Source: an uncultured Clostridia bacterium (GTDB lineage: Bacteria; Bacillota; Clostridia; Christensenellales; CAG-917). Taken from it: a stretch of 64,000 nucleotides of DNA. The notes below the pieces were generated by a model, which was not told the origin of the DNA, ran no database searches, and was given only the letters and a program-made list of their open reading frames with translations. This document shows, in pieces, positions 10,438 through 18,939 of this stretch; position 1 is the first letter of the stretch; each line of letters begins with the position of its first letter. The DNA lies in assembly GCA_944332815.1 (NCBI GenBank), contig CALVKQ010000001.1, forward strand, positions 49,697 through 113,696. Direction: 5' to 3'. The translations under genes and the position numbers were made by a program.

Positions 10438-11598
10438 TCAGGCCTGCTTGCCGTCCTGTCCGTCGCCGAAGCCGATGTCGTCTGCGTCCTTCTCGTCCTC
10501 GATGTCATATTCCGCCACGCCCGTCGTCGGCTGGACGGCGATGTCCATCTGCCTGCGGAAGGCACGGGAGAGCAGGAGCAGGACGCCTGCCGCAAGGTCT
10601 ATGGCGAGGTCCACCACGGTGAAGGAGTTGTACGCCAAAGAGTAGTAGAAGAACTGATCCGCACCGTAGCCCCCTTCTATGGCATACGCGCCGAACGCGA
10701 ACGTGCCGGAGAGGAGGTGGCACAGATAACGCAGCACCACGGCGACGGTCGCGCCCACGACGAATGCCGCTATCTTATTCTTCTTGATGGGCGTGCGCTC
10801 GAAGAATAAGCCGCTTGCCGCGATCATACCGAATGCGAGCGGATAGTCCAGCATGAACTGCACGGGGTGGATGATATAGGTGTCTTGAAGCGCTTGCAGG
10901 AAGCCGTAAATGAGGCAGACCATCACGCCCCTGCGAGTGCCGAACATCGCGCAGTAGATCATGAGGGGCAGGAGGCTTGCGAACGTCACGCTGCCGCCCT
11001 GGGGCAGATCCACGAGTTTAACGTAAGAGAGCGCAAAGGACATGGCGATGGCGATCGCGCCGTAGACCACGGACTTGGTTTCGTTGACTTCCCTCTTCTT
11101 GCCCACAAAGTAGATGGCGATGAGCGCGACCAGCATTGCCACGAAGGAAATGATGAGCGCGGTGTCGTTCATGTAGGGGGAATAATCCGTATCGCCCGAG
11201 ATATTCTCTTTGAAGTAATCCGCCAACACCACCATGAGCGCTATGAGTCCGCCCAACAATCCCAGCCCGGTGATGACTGTCGCCACCTTGGTGAGGAACT
11301 TGTTGAACACGGACGCAAGCCCCATAAGGCAGCCGCCGCATAGCGCGATGAGCACGAGCGCGAGTATCGCCGGGAAGTAAGGCATGAAAGAGTCATCCGC
11401 CTCCATCTCGTAGAACGTCGCTGCCGCGAGCAGCGCGGCGGCGGTCAGGGCGACCCCGAGCAGGGTGCCTATCGCCACTTTGGAAAAATCTTTGAGCTTT
11501 TCTCTGCGGAACTTATACAGCAGCAGCGCAACGATGCCGAACGCCGCTATGAGAGCCACGACCGTATAAAGCAACGCAAAGGCCAGTTCTTCCGTCAT
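10438..11598 (-). CDS. thiT: ThiT-type (ECF S-component) thiamine transporter with an N-terminal multi-TM extension
   Basis: The C-terminal ~190 aa (LPQGGSVTFASLLPLMIY...TRRG...) resemble ThiT. A TPP riboswitch lies directly upstream. The first ~170 aa are additional TM helices. Confidence 0.75.
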   Translation of the reverse strand: MTEELAFALLYTVVALIAAFGIVALLLYKFRREKLKDFSKVAIGTLLGVALTAAALLAAATFYEMEADDSFMPYFPAILALVLIALCGGCLMGLASVFNKFLTKVATVITGLGLLGGLIALMVVLADYFKENISGDTDYSPYMNDTALIISFVAMLVALIAIYFVGKKREVNETKSVVYGAIAIAMSFALSYVKLVDLPQGGSVTFASLLPLMIYCAMFGTRRGVMVCLIYGFLQALQDTYIIHPVQFMLDYPLAFGMIAASGLFFERTPIKKNKIAAFVVGATVAVVLRYLCHLLSGTFAFGAYAIEGGYGADQFFYYSLAYNSFTVVDLAIDLAAGVLLLLSRAFRRQMDIAVQPTTGVAEYDIEDEKDADDIGFGDGQDGKQA

Positions 11599-11642
11599 AG
11601 TTGTATCCTCCGTAAAAGAATTTTCGTTTGCGCGTCGGGAAT

Positions 11643-11668
11643 GAAAAACCCCGAACGTATGCTCGGGG
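11643..11668 (-). terminator. Riboswitch expression-platform terminator
   Basis: On the minus strand, CCCCGA-gcatacgt-TCGGGG is followed by TTTTT, between the aptamer and the thiT start. Confidence 0.6.
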
Positions 11669-11689
11669 CGTTCAACAAAAGGAATAAGG

Positions 11690-11765
11690 TCGTTTGCTTC
11701 CTTACGCGAGGATTATCTCACAAGTTGAAGGGTATGATCTCAGCCTTTCGGCACCCCTAGCGCAT
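11690..11765 (-). promoter_or_regulatory. TPP (THI-box) riboswitch
   Basis: The minus strand reads GGGGTGCCGAAAGGCTGAGATCATACCCTTCAACTTGTGAGATAATCCTCGCGTAAGGAAG. This carries the conserved GGGGUGC, CUGAGA, ACCCUU and GCGUAAGG elements. Confidence 0.85.
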
Positions 11766-11767
11766 TT

Positions 11768-11796
11768 ATCCTATCACCGCCCTCCTATCCTGTCAA
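11768..11796 (-). promoter_or_regulatory. Candidate promoter for the riboswitch-thiT unit
   Basis: TTGACA-17 nt-TAGGAT on the minus strand, immediately upstream of the aptamer. Confidence 0.45.
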
Positions 11797-12012
11797 GCGT
11801 GTTTTTGCCGCGTTCGCAAATTAATGCGGAGCCTTCCCCTCTCTCCGCGCCCTTACTCGCTCGCGCTTCTTTTTTCCAAATGTATAAAAACGCTTGCATA
11901 TGCACGCGCGTTATACTATATATAATACAATAAGCCTTGCGCGCAGGCACGCGAAAGGCATATGATAAGGCAGAAGAATAAGAGAAGTACTATCGCTCAG
12001 GAGAATATCCGA

Positions 12013-12690
12013 ATGAAAAAACTCAAAATGCCCAAGATCTTCACCGAATTCAAGGAATTCATCACCCGCGGCAACGTCATGGGGCTTGCAGTAGGCATGA
12101 TCATCGGCGCCGCTTTCACGGCGATCGTGAACGCGCTGGTCAACAGCATCCTCAAACCCCTCATCAACGCCATCCCCATCGGCGACGGCGTGAGCGGACT
12201 CATCACCATGCTCGTTCCCCGCAACGCCGAAGGTGCAGAGATAGCGATGAGCGTGTTCCAAGCCGATCCCTCTGCTGCGGATCTCACCAAATCCGTCTAC
12301 ATCGACTGGGGCGCCTTCATCATGGCGGTCATCACCTTCCTGCTCACCGCGCTGGTGCTCTTCTTCATCCTGAAAGCCATCGCCTCCGCGCAGAAGGGCT
12401 TCGGCGGTTTGAAGAGCGACATGGACATGCTCTTCTCCGAAGAGGCCGAACAGCTCCGCAAAGAGGGCAAGAGCCGCAAGGAGATCAAAGCCATCATGCA
12501 GGCTCGCGCCGAAGAAGCCGCGGCAAAGGCCGCTGCGGAAGCGGAAGCCAACAAGCCCGAAACCACGGAAGAACTGCTCAAAGAGATCCGCGACCTCCTG
12601 CGCGCACAAGCCGCAAGCGGCGAGAAAGCGGACGACTCCGTCAAAGCGGCAGTCGCGGCTGCGGAAGCCGCCGTGGAGGAAAAGGTATAA
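12013..12690 (+). CDS. mscL: Large-conductance mechanosensitive channel MscL with a long Ala/Glu/Lys-rich C-terminal tail
   Basis: FKEFITRGNVMGLAVGMIIGAAF is the MscL N-terminal signature. AGGAGA SD. Confidence 0.85.
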   Translation: MKKLKMPKIFTEFKEFITRGNVMGLAVGMIIGAAFTAIVNALVNSILKPLINAIPIGDGVSGLITMLVPRNAEGAEIAMSVFQADPSAADLTKSVYIDWGAFIMAVITFLLTALVLFFILKAIASAQKGFGGLKSDMDMLFSEEAEQLRKEGKSRKEIKAIMQARAEEAAAKAAAEAEANKPETTEELLKEIRDLLRAQAASGEKADDSVKAAVAAAEAAVEEKV

Positions 12691-12793
12691 GAAACCTTGC
12701 TCTCCTTCATCATCCGACAATTTGTGCTCAATCGTTGGACATCGGGCATAAATATGTTAGAATGACCGTACGGAGAACAAAGATTTCGACGCT

Positions 12794-14188
12794 ATGACAG
12801 ACACTCAGACAGCCGACGGCGGTGTTATAAAACCGCGGAAGCGCAAACTGAACCGGAAACCGTCCACCATGCAGATACTTGTGCTTGGTTACCTTGCCAT
12901 TATCCTGCTGGGGACGTTTTTCCTTTGTCTGCCCATCTCCGCGAAAAACGGAGGATGGACGGCTTTTATCGACTCTCTGCTCGTCGCCACCTCCGCCACC
13001 TGCGTGACGGGGCTCATCACGGTGGACACCTTCCTGCACTGGACGACGTTCGGGCAGGTGGTCATCATCCTGCTCATACAGATAGGCGGACTCGGGTTCA
13101 TGACATTCGTCACCCTCTTCTCTCTCGCGCTCGGCAGACGCATAGGGCTGTTCGAACGCGGACTCATCGCACAGTCCGCAGGCGCATTCGGAAAGGGCGG
13201 CATACTGCGCCTCATAAAACGCATCCTCATCTTCACCTTTTCGGTGGAGCTTCTGGGCGCGTGCATACTTATGACGCGCTTCGTGCCTGAATTCGGCGGA
13301 CAGGGGGTGTGGTTTGCCTTCTTCCACTCCATCTCGGCATTCTGCAACGCAGGCTTCGACCTCATGGGCGTGAAAGGCACGGAGTTCGCCTCCCTCACCT
13401 CATACAGCGACGACTGGGTGGTCAACCTCACCATCTGCGCCCTCATCCTGGTGGGCGGCATGGGCTACGTGGTGTGGAGCGACATCTGGGACAAACGCTT
13501 CCGTTACAGGCAGTACCGCCTGCACACGCGCATAGTGCTGTGGTCGGCGGTCATACTCGTCTTCCTCCCTGCCCTGCTCATCTTCGCTTTCGAACAAGGC
13601 GGCAGCGTGCTGGAAGGCAAAGGTCCTGCGGAAAGTTTCCTCATCTGCCTCTTCCAGGCGGTCACCCCGAGGACGGCAGGGTTCAACACCGTGCCGATAG
13701 CCGAGCTCTCCGACAGCAGCATACTGCTCATCCAGATCCTGATGTTCATAGGCGGAAACAGCGGTTCCACCGCAGGCGGCGTGAAGGTCACCACCATGGT
13801 GGTCATCCTCTTCGGGCTGTACTCCTCCGTGCGCGGACACAAGGATATAGTGATAGGCAAACGCTCGCTGGACCTTTCGCTTGCCAAACAGGCGATGTCG
13901 CTGTTCACCATCTACCTCATCTTCGTGCTGACGGCGACCCTCATCATCTGCGCGGTGGAACCTCAGAACATCACCCTGCGCGACGTTTCCTTCGAGTGCG
14001 TGTCCGCGATCGCGACCGTCGGTCTGACCACGGGTATCACTCCCCTGCTGCACACCGCGTCCAAGTTCATCATCACTCTGCTGATGTTCTCGGGCAGGCT
14101 GGGCGTGCTCACCCTCGCGTCCGCGATGATGACCTCGAAAGTCCAGCCCCTCACCAAACGCCCGACGGAAAAAATACTGATAGGCTAG
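12794..14188 (+). CDS. TrkH/KtrB family potassium uptake membrane protein
   Basis: Polytopic protein with repeated GF/GG pore-loop motifs (TATCVTGL, FCNAGFD, RTAGFN, ATVGLTTG). Confidence 0.9.
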   Translation: MTDTQTADGGVIKPRKRKLNRKPSTMQILVLGYLAIILLGTFFLCLPISAKNGGWTAFIDSLLVATSATCVTGLITVDTFLHWTTFGQVVIILLIQIGGLGFMTFVTLFSLALGRRIGLFERGLIAQSAGAFGKGGILRLIKRILIFTFSVELLGACILMTRFVPEFGGQGVWFAFFHSISAFCNAGFDLMGVKGTEFASLTSYSDDWVVNLTICALILVGGMGYVVWSDIWDKRFRYRQYRLHTRIVLWSAVILVFLPALLIFAFEQGGSVLEGKGPAESFLICLFQAVTPRTAGFNTVPIAELSDSSILLIQILMFIGGNSGSTAGGVKVTTMVVILFGLYSSVRGHKDIVIGKRSLDLSLAKQAMSLFTIYLIFVLTATLIICAVEPQNITLRDVSFECVSAIATVGLTTGITPLLHTASKFIITLLMFSGRLGVLTLASAMMTSKVQPLTKRPTEKILIG

Positions 14189-14212
14189 CCGCTCCACGGC
14201 AAAGGAGATAAT

Positions 14213-14854
14213 ATGAAATCCATACTCGTCATAGGAATGGGACGCTTCGGCACCTACCTCGCCATGAAACTCACCGAGCTCGGCAATCAGGTCATGATAG
14301 CCGACAAGGACGAGGATAAGATCAACCGCCTCTCCCACCACTTCACCGACGCGATCATAGGCGATTGCAGCCGCGAAGAGGTGCTGGAAGAGATAGGCGT
14401 CAACAACTTTGACATCTGCTTCGTCACCATGGGCGAGAGCTTCCAATCCTCTTTGGAGGTCACTTCCCTTCTCAAAGACATGGGCGCGAAGTACGTCGTG
14501 ACCAAATCGTGCAGCGAGATACAAAGCAAATTCCTGCTGCGTAACGGCGCGGACGAGGTGGTGTATCCCGAGCGCGACCTGGCGTTCAAGACCGCCATCC
14601 GCTTCAACGCGGACAACATCTTCGACTTCATCCAGCTGGGCGCGGACTACGGCGTGTTCGAGATCAAAGTGCCCCACGAATGGGTGGGCAAGAACGTCGT
14701 CGGCGCGAACGTGCGCAAAGAGTACGGGCTCAACGTCCTCGCGGTCAAAAAGAACAACTCCGTGGCGCTTGCCGCCAGCGACTATGTGTTTGAAGACGGC
14801 GACCATGTGATAGTCGCGGGCGCGTTCAAAAACATCGACCGCCTCAAACACTGA
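14213..14854 (+). CDS. TrkA/KtrA family potassium uptake regulatory subunit
   Basis: N-terminal Rossmann motif VIGMGRFG and a C-terminal TrkA_C-like part, directly after trkH. Confidence 0.9.
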   Translation: MKSILVIGMGRFGTYLAMKLTELGNQVMIADKDEDKINRLSHHFTDAIIGDCSREEVLEEIGVNNFDICFVTMGESFQSSLEVTSLLKDMGAKYVVTKSCSEIQSKFLLRNGADEVVYPERDLAFKTAIRFNADNIFDFIQLGADYGVFEIKVPHEWVGKNVVGANVRKEYGLNVLAVKKNNSVALAASDYVFEDGDHVIVAGAFKNIDRLKH

Positions 14855-14877
14855 ACTTTCTTCTCAAAAAACATTCA

Positions 14878-14915
14878 GAAACCACCGGTCGGCCCGGTGG
14901 TTTCGCTTTTTTTTT
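14878..14915 (+). terminator. Intrinsic terminator after the trk operon
   Basis: GAAACCACCGG-tcggc-CCGGTGGTTTC followed by a T9 run. Confidence 0.75.
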
Positions 14916-15127
14916 ACGCACGGCATCACGCTCTCCGCCTACCCTTGCATAACATCCATCGGTGCCCGTCCCGCAATGCGACATTTATATGCGGCGTCAT
15001 CCCGCTCTCGTCGCATTTCAGCACAAAACAGCATTTGATGATGTTTATTTAAGTGTTAAACTGTCCGATATGCAGAAATCCGCGCTCAGGCGGGTTTACT
15101 GTTCCTGTCGGATAGAGTTGCGCAAAA

Positions 15128-16111
15128 TTATGCGTTTGACACAAAACTATAAGTCTTATGCAATGGCGAATTCTGTCGCACCGTGAATCCGTCGGGCAAT
15201 ATTATGCTGCGGCGGTCGGAATGCGGCATATAACCGTTAAAGTGGAAACTCGCCTTTTTCAAATTGAATTGCTTGTCAATCACATACACTTCGTAGACAT
15301 CTATCATATGAGGCTGATGTGGGTCCGCAACGGAATAGCGCCGCATCGAACCGTAAGGCATACTTGTATTGCATTTTCTCGCCACGATGACTTCGCCGTC
15401 AAGACCGACAAGGCTCGGAATAATCTCCAACGCAGCCCTCGCGTACAAAAACGCATCCTTTGACGGCAAAAATCCCATCGGCTCTTCTGCACAAAAGCCT
15501 CTGCCCGTGTAGTCGGCGGAAGAACACGGCTCGTCATCGAGTTTTGATATCATATATCGGATAAAATCGCAATACGGCATATTTAGATTCAGAGCTTCGG
15601 TGTTGAGCGCCCTCATAAAATAATAGACGCTGCGCGTCGTTTTCCTCATATAAGCATAAACCGTACCGAGCAAAATATTTAACTCGCCGTAATTGTGCAA
15701 CCAGCCCACCCATTCTTCATTCGCCGCAAACGGATAAGCGGGCTTTTTCTTGTTGAGGTCGCTAATCCCGTGACAACAATACAATTCCGCCTTCGCCAGG
15801 TCCTTCTCAAAGCCGAACGAACCGAAAATATAAGCGAAAATCGCCCGCTTATATTCCAAGTATGACATCTCCTCTTCGTCTTTGCAGGGTATCGGAAGCC
15901 TTTCCGCCGTCAGCGTAAACCACGGATTGCGTTCCATCATTATCGCAAAGATATCCTCATCCATCTCCATCCCGCACGGACTTACATACTTTTTCACAGC
16001 CGCTCCTCCCGAACTTTTTTCTTTGTCCATCTCATATTTCTTTCGCAAAAAATTTGTGAACTGCTCAACCTCTTCCGTCAAATCGTAATCTTCCTGCCGT
16101 GATTCTTTCAT
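15128..16111 (-). CDS. Hypothetical protein (327 aa)
   Basis: GGGAGGAG SD before the ATG at 16111. Clean ORF inside the low-GC island. I recognise no family. Confidence 0.6.
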   Translation of the reverse strand: MKESRQEDYDLTEEVEQFTNFLRKKYEMDKEKSSGGAAVKKYVSPCGMEMDEDIFAIMMERNPWFTLTAERLPIPCKDEEEMSYLEYKRAIFAYIFGSFGFEKDLAKAELYCCHGISDLNKKKPAYPFAANEEWVGWLHNYGELNILLGTVYAYMRKTTRSVYYFMRALNTEALNLNMPYCDFIRYMISKLDDEPCSSADYTGRGFCAEEPMGFLPSKDAFLYARAALEIIPSLVGLDGEVIVARKCNTSMPYGSMRRYSVADPHQPHMIDVYEVYVIDKQFNLKKASFHFNGYMPHSDRRSIILPDGFTVRQNSPLHKTYSFVSNA

Positions 16112-16273
16112 TTTTTCTCCTCCCGTTTTTTCGTGCACCTTAAAACGTCGCATTTTCCATGCAACAAAAAATCATCCGACCGCCGTCACATCCCCTAACG
16201 CTGCATGATTTAAGATATCTCAAGGATTTCGAGGTCGTATTTTATCTAAAATCCGTCATGCTCAGAATAAAAT

Positions 16274-17038
16274 TCACATCACCTTTATCGTCACGGAACT
16301 CTCATTCACCTCTATGGCAAGTTTTTTGGCACAGCGTGTGCACGTGGTCGTAAATTCCGTCCCCGCCGAGATCTTCCCTATCTTGCTCCCACAACCGGGA
16401 CAATTTATGTAATAAAATGTCTGCCACTTCGGACCCGGCTTCGGAGCAGGCGCCGGAGCAGGCGTCGGAGCGGGCGTCGGAGCAGGCTTCGGAACGGGCT
16501 TCGGTAGGTCGGGTGTCGAAACGATCTTCAGATAGCCCTGCTCAAAGCATTGCGGCGATTGAAAGACTTTGACGCCTTCTTCACCTTCGAACCGTACACA
16601 TGCGCGCCCGTCGATGATGCTCTTCAAAATGCCGATCCCGTATTTTTCATGCCTGACTATACTCCCGACGGGCGGCTCCTTCGGCTTCGGAGGCTCCGGG
16701 ATGACGGGCGATCCGACTATCCTGTCACACCATGCACATATTTTATCTTCGTAAGTGTCCGCGTCCCGCCGCTCCCACTGACTGCACATATAGTATCGTC
16801 CGGCAAGATACCAAGTGACCCAATATCGTGCATAACCCGACGCATCGTAAACATCTTCCAAGTCGTCGACAAGCAGTGGGTATGCGATGTCGAACTTCCT
16901 TTTGCTGTAATCTTTATCATGCAACAGCTTGATAATGTCCGGCGTCAAATAGCCTTTGTTATACAACCACGAAAAAAGTCTTTTCACCCAATCCTGGGTT
17001 TTCTCTCCGCTTCGCTTTGTCGGATAGATCCTGTCCAT
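16274..17038 (-). CDS. Hypothetical protein: N-terminal domain, Pro-rich linkers, Tudor/DUF3553-like segment and C-terminal zinc ribbon
   Basis: AAGGAG SD. PEPPKPKEPP and PKPVPKPAPTPAPTPAPAPAPKP linkers. VRHEKYGIGIL...VRFEG resembles a small beta-barrel module. C-terminal CPGC...CTRC. Confidence 0.6.
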   Translation of the reverse strand: MDRIYPTKRSGEKTQDWVKRLFSWLYNKGYLTPDIIKLLHDKDYSKRKFDIAYPLLVDDLEDVYDASGYARYWVTWYLAGRYYMCSQWERRDADTYEDKICAWCDRIVGSPVIPEPPKPKEPPVGSIVRHEKYGIGILKSIIDGRACVRFEGEEGVKVFQSPQCFEQGYLKIVSTPDLPKPVPKPAPTPAPTPAPAPAPKPGPKWQTFYYINCPGCGSKIGKISAGTEFTTTCTRCAKKLAIEVNESSVTIKVM

Positions 17039-17279
17039 ATTATTACTCCTTGTTTTACATTTGTTTTATAAGCTTCGATTCATTCATTTATCTTTCGCGC
17101 AGGATCCGGCGATGGAGCTGCGTCTTTGTTTGATGTGCTGTTTTATTAGATCTGTCACGCGGGATATCCGCTTTGACGGCGATCGCGCTGTTTGCCGCTG
17201 CCTTTGGTGACTTTCACAAGGTTTGACCTGTCGTTCCGATGAGGGCTGCATAAATTGTTCGGCGCCCTCGAAGATCCCG

Positions 17280-17921
17280 TCACTTTTCGTCCGTTTCGAG
17301 AGAGGATTTCCAGTCCGAGCCTATGTCGGAGATGCCTATACGTGCCGAATACACCACATCGTTCAATACCCTACTGTACATTTTTCTGACGCCGCTGTGA
17401 CTGGGGGTAAAATTCGCTGCATGAGAGGCGCATATCCCGAGTTTTCCGGCTTCGGAAACGGCGTCCATATTTGCGCCGAGGAAAATAAACTGCCATGAGT
17501 ATTTCTCCTGCTGATGTGCAATCATCTCCCGCACTTTCTGCAAGCTGTAACTCATGCTTGAATTCTCCTCCCCGTCCGTCGTAATCACGAAAATGACGTG
17601 TTCGGGGCGTTCCTCTTCCGGGGTATTGCTCAGACGTACTCCCAAATTGTCTATCGTCCGTCCGACCGCGTCGAGAAGTGCCGTACCTCCGCGGGCAGAA
17701 TAGTCATCTTTCGTCAGCGGCTTAACCTCATCAAGGGCGACGTGCTCGTGCAGCACCTGATAACTTGTATCGAACAGAACTGTCGTGATATATGCCTCAC
17801 CCTCGATTTTTCTTTGTTTTTCGATAAATTCGTTGAACCCTCCTATTGTGTCCTCTTCAAGCGGTTTCATAGAGCCGCTGCGGTCCAGTACAAAGACCAT
17901 CTCCGTCAGATTTTTTTTCAT
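17280..17921 (-). CDS. von Willebrand factor type A (vWA) domain protein
   Basis: MIDAS motif DRSGSM near the N-terminus, later T and D(G) positions (GGTALLDA, ITTDGEEN), about 210 aa. Confidence 0.8.
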   Translation of the reverse strand: MKKNLTEMVFVLDRSGSMKPLEEDTIGGFNEFIEKQRKIEGEAYITTVLFDTSYQVLHEHVALDEVKPLTKDDYSARGGTALLDAVGRTIDNLGVRLSNTPEEERPEHVIFVITTDGEENSSMSYSLQKVREMIAHQQEKYSWQFIFLGANMDAVSEAGKLGICASHAANFTPSHSGVRKMYSRVLNDVVYSARIGISDIGSDWKSSLETDEK

Positions 17922-17968
17922 AAGACATTTCCTTGCATTTTATTTTACGTCTTTTTATCGACGCAATT

Positions 17969-18340
17969 TTAATTTTCTTCAAAGCGGTATATTCTGGTGA
18001 GAATCGGCAGCAGGCGCTCTGCCAAATCAACCCGCTTTTCGGATGACAATTCGCAGACCGTGTCTCCGCGGATTGCCCCGAGAATAAAGGCTATCTCCTC
18101 CGTCCCGAACTTTTTCCCTCCGAGATAACATCCCTTTTTTGTCTTTACTATCGGATATCCCATCTCGATGAGCGCTTCGATATTGCGTCCGACAGTCTTC
18201 CTGTCGCACGGCATCACGTCGTTAAGCCATTCGGCTATCTCCGTCTGCGTCATCGGGTGATTCCGGTCCGTATTCGATTCCAGAATCTTCAAAACGTACA
18301 GAATCAGATATTTTTTGCGGCTCAAAATCTTGTCCTCCAT
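17969..18340 (-). CDS. Winged-HTH transcriptional regulator (WYL-regulator-type N-terminal domain, no WYL domain)
   Basis: YLILYVLKILESNTDRNHPMTQTEIAEWL...DRKTVGRNIEAL matches the HTH_11-type N-terminus of WYL regulators. Only 123 aa from the internal ATG at 18340. Confidence 0.65.
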   Translation of the reverse strand: MEDKILSRKKYLILYVLKILESNTDRNHPMTQTEIAEWLNDVMPCDRKTVGRNIEALIEMGYPIVKTKKGCYLGGKKFGTEEIAFILGAIRGDTVCELSSEKRVDLAERLLPILTRIYRFEEN

Positions 18341-18414
18341 TTTAATTATAACAATGTGCTTGTACCAAAAATCGCCCACAATGTTTTTTTGCGAAAAATT
18401 AATTTCCGGACAGC

Positions 18415-18498
18415 CATATGCCGTTTGATTTATATTAATTTTCGCCGGATGAATTTTCGGCATTCTTTTCATATGCCGTTTGATATGTATTAATTTCG
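18415..18498. repeat. Two ~30-bp direct repeats in the divergent regulator intergenic region
   Basis: CATATGCCGTTTGATTTATATTAATTTTCG (18415-18444) and CATATGCCGTTTGATATGTATTAATTTCG (18470-18498), starts 55 bp apart. Confidence 0.7.
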
Positions 18499-18590
18499 AG
18501 CATACACGTTTATATGGCTGCGAGCAACCATATAAAAAGTATAATACTGTTACTGTTGCACATAACCATTCCAAAGGGGAGTGCGCAGCC

Positions 18591-18834
18591 GTGAACACCA
18601 TAAATAAAGCGCTCAAATTGCGCATCGAAGAACTGCTGAAAGAAAAAAAATATGACGAGATACCGACCGGCGATGAACAGCGGCATAACGCATTCTACCC
18701 TGAAAAACATTCTTCACGAAACAGTTTCGGACAGTCTGTTGTCAACAGTGATACTCATAGCCTCTGGTTTCAATATGACAGTGAGTGAATTTCTCGACAG
18801 TCCGTTGTTTTGCGAAGACAAGCCGGACATATAA
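18591..18834 (+). pseudogene. XRE-family HTH regulator interrupted by a frameshift in an A8 tract
   Basis: GTG start with an AAGGGGAG SD. Helix 1 (LRIEELLKEKK) is in one frame. The rest of the HTH (MTRYRPAMNSGITHSTLKNI...FNMTVSEFLD) is in the +1 frame, switching at A8 (18642-18649). Confidence 0.55.
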
Positions 18835-18846
18835 CGCAGAATACCG

Positions 18847-18883
18847 AAAACCGCACCGAAAGGTGCGGTCTTTTCGTTGTTTT
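18847..18883 (+). terminator. Intrinsic terminator
   Basis: ACCGCACC-gaaa-GGTGCGGT followed by cTTTTcgTTgTTTT. Confidence 0.7.
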
Positions 18884-18939
18884 AAGATGTAAGGACGAAT
18901 GCAATGCGGCAAAGAGCGTTCTCGCGCCGTGCCGCGTCT

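Larger units (their letters stand above)
14930..18900. other. Lower-GC island (putative horizontally acquired cassette)
   Basis: Visibly AT-richer than both flanks. It is bounded by strong terminators at 14878-14915 and 18847-18883 and contains only non-housekeeping genes. Confidence 0.6.

Noticed and set aside
12691-12793. Looked for a c-di-AMP (ydaO/kimA-type) riboswitch upstream of trkH.
   Set aside because: Only ~100 nt are available, mostly occupied by a TTGGAC-17-TAGAAT promoter. None of the conserved ACGGGGA/CCCGA-type elements were seen.
14930-18900. Prophage, ICE or transposon identity for the low-GC island.
   Set aside because: I found no integrase, recombinase, transposase, structural phage genes, tRNA target or flanking direct or inverted repeats. 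It is reported only as a compositional island.
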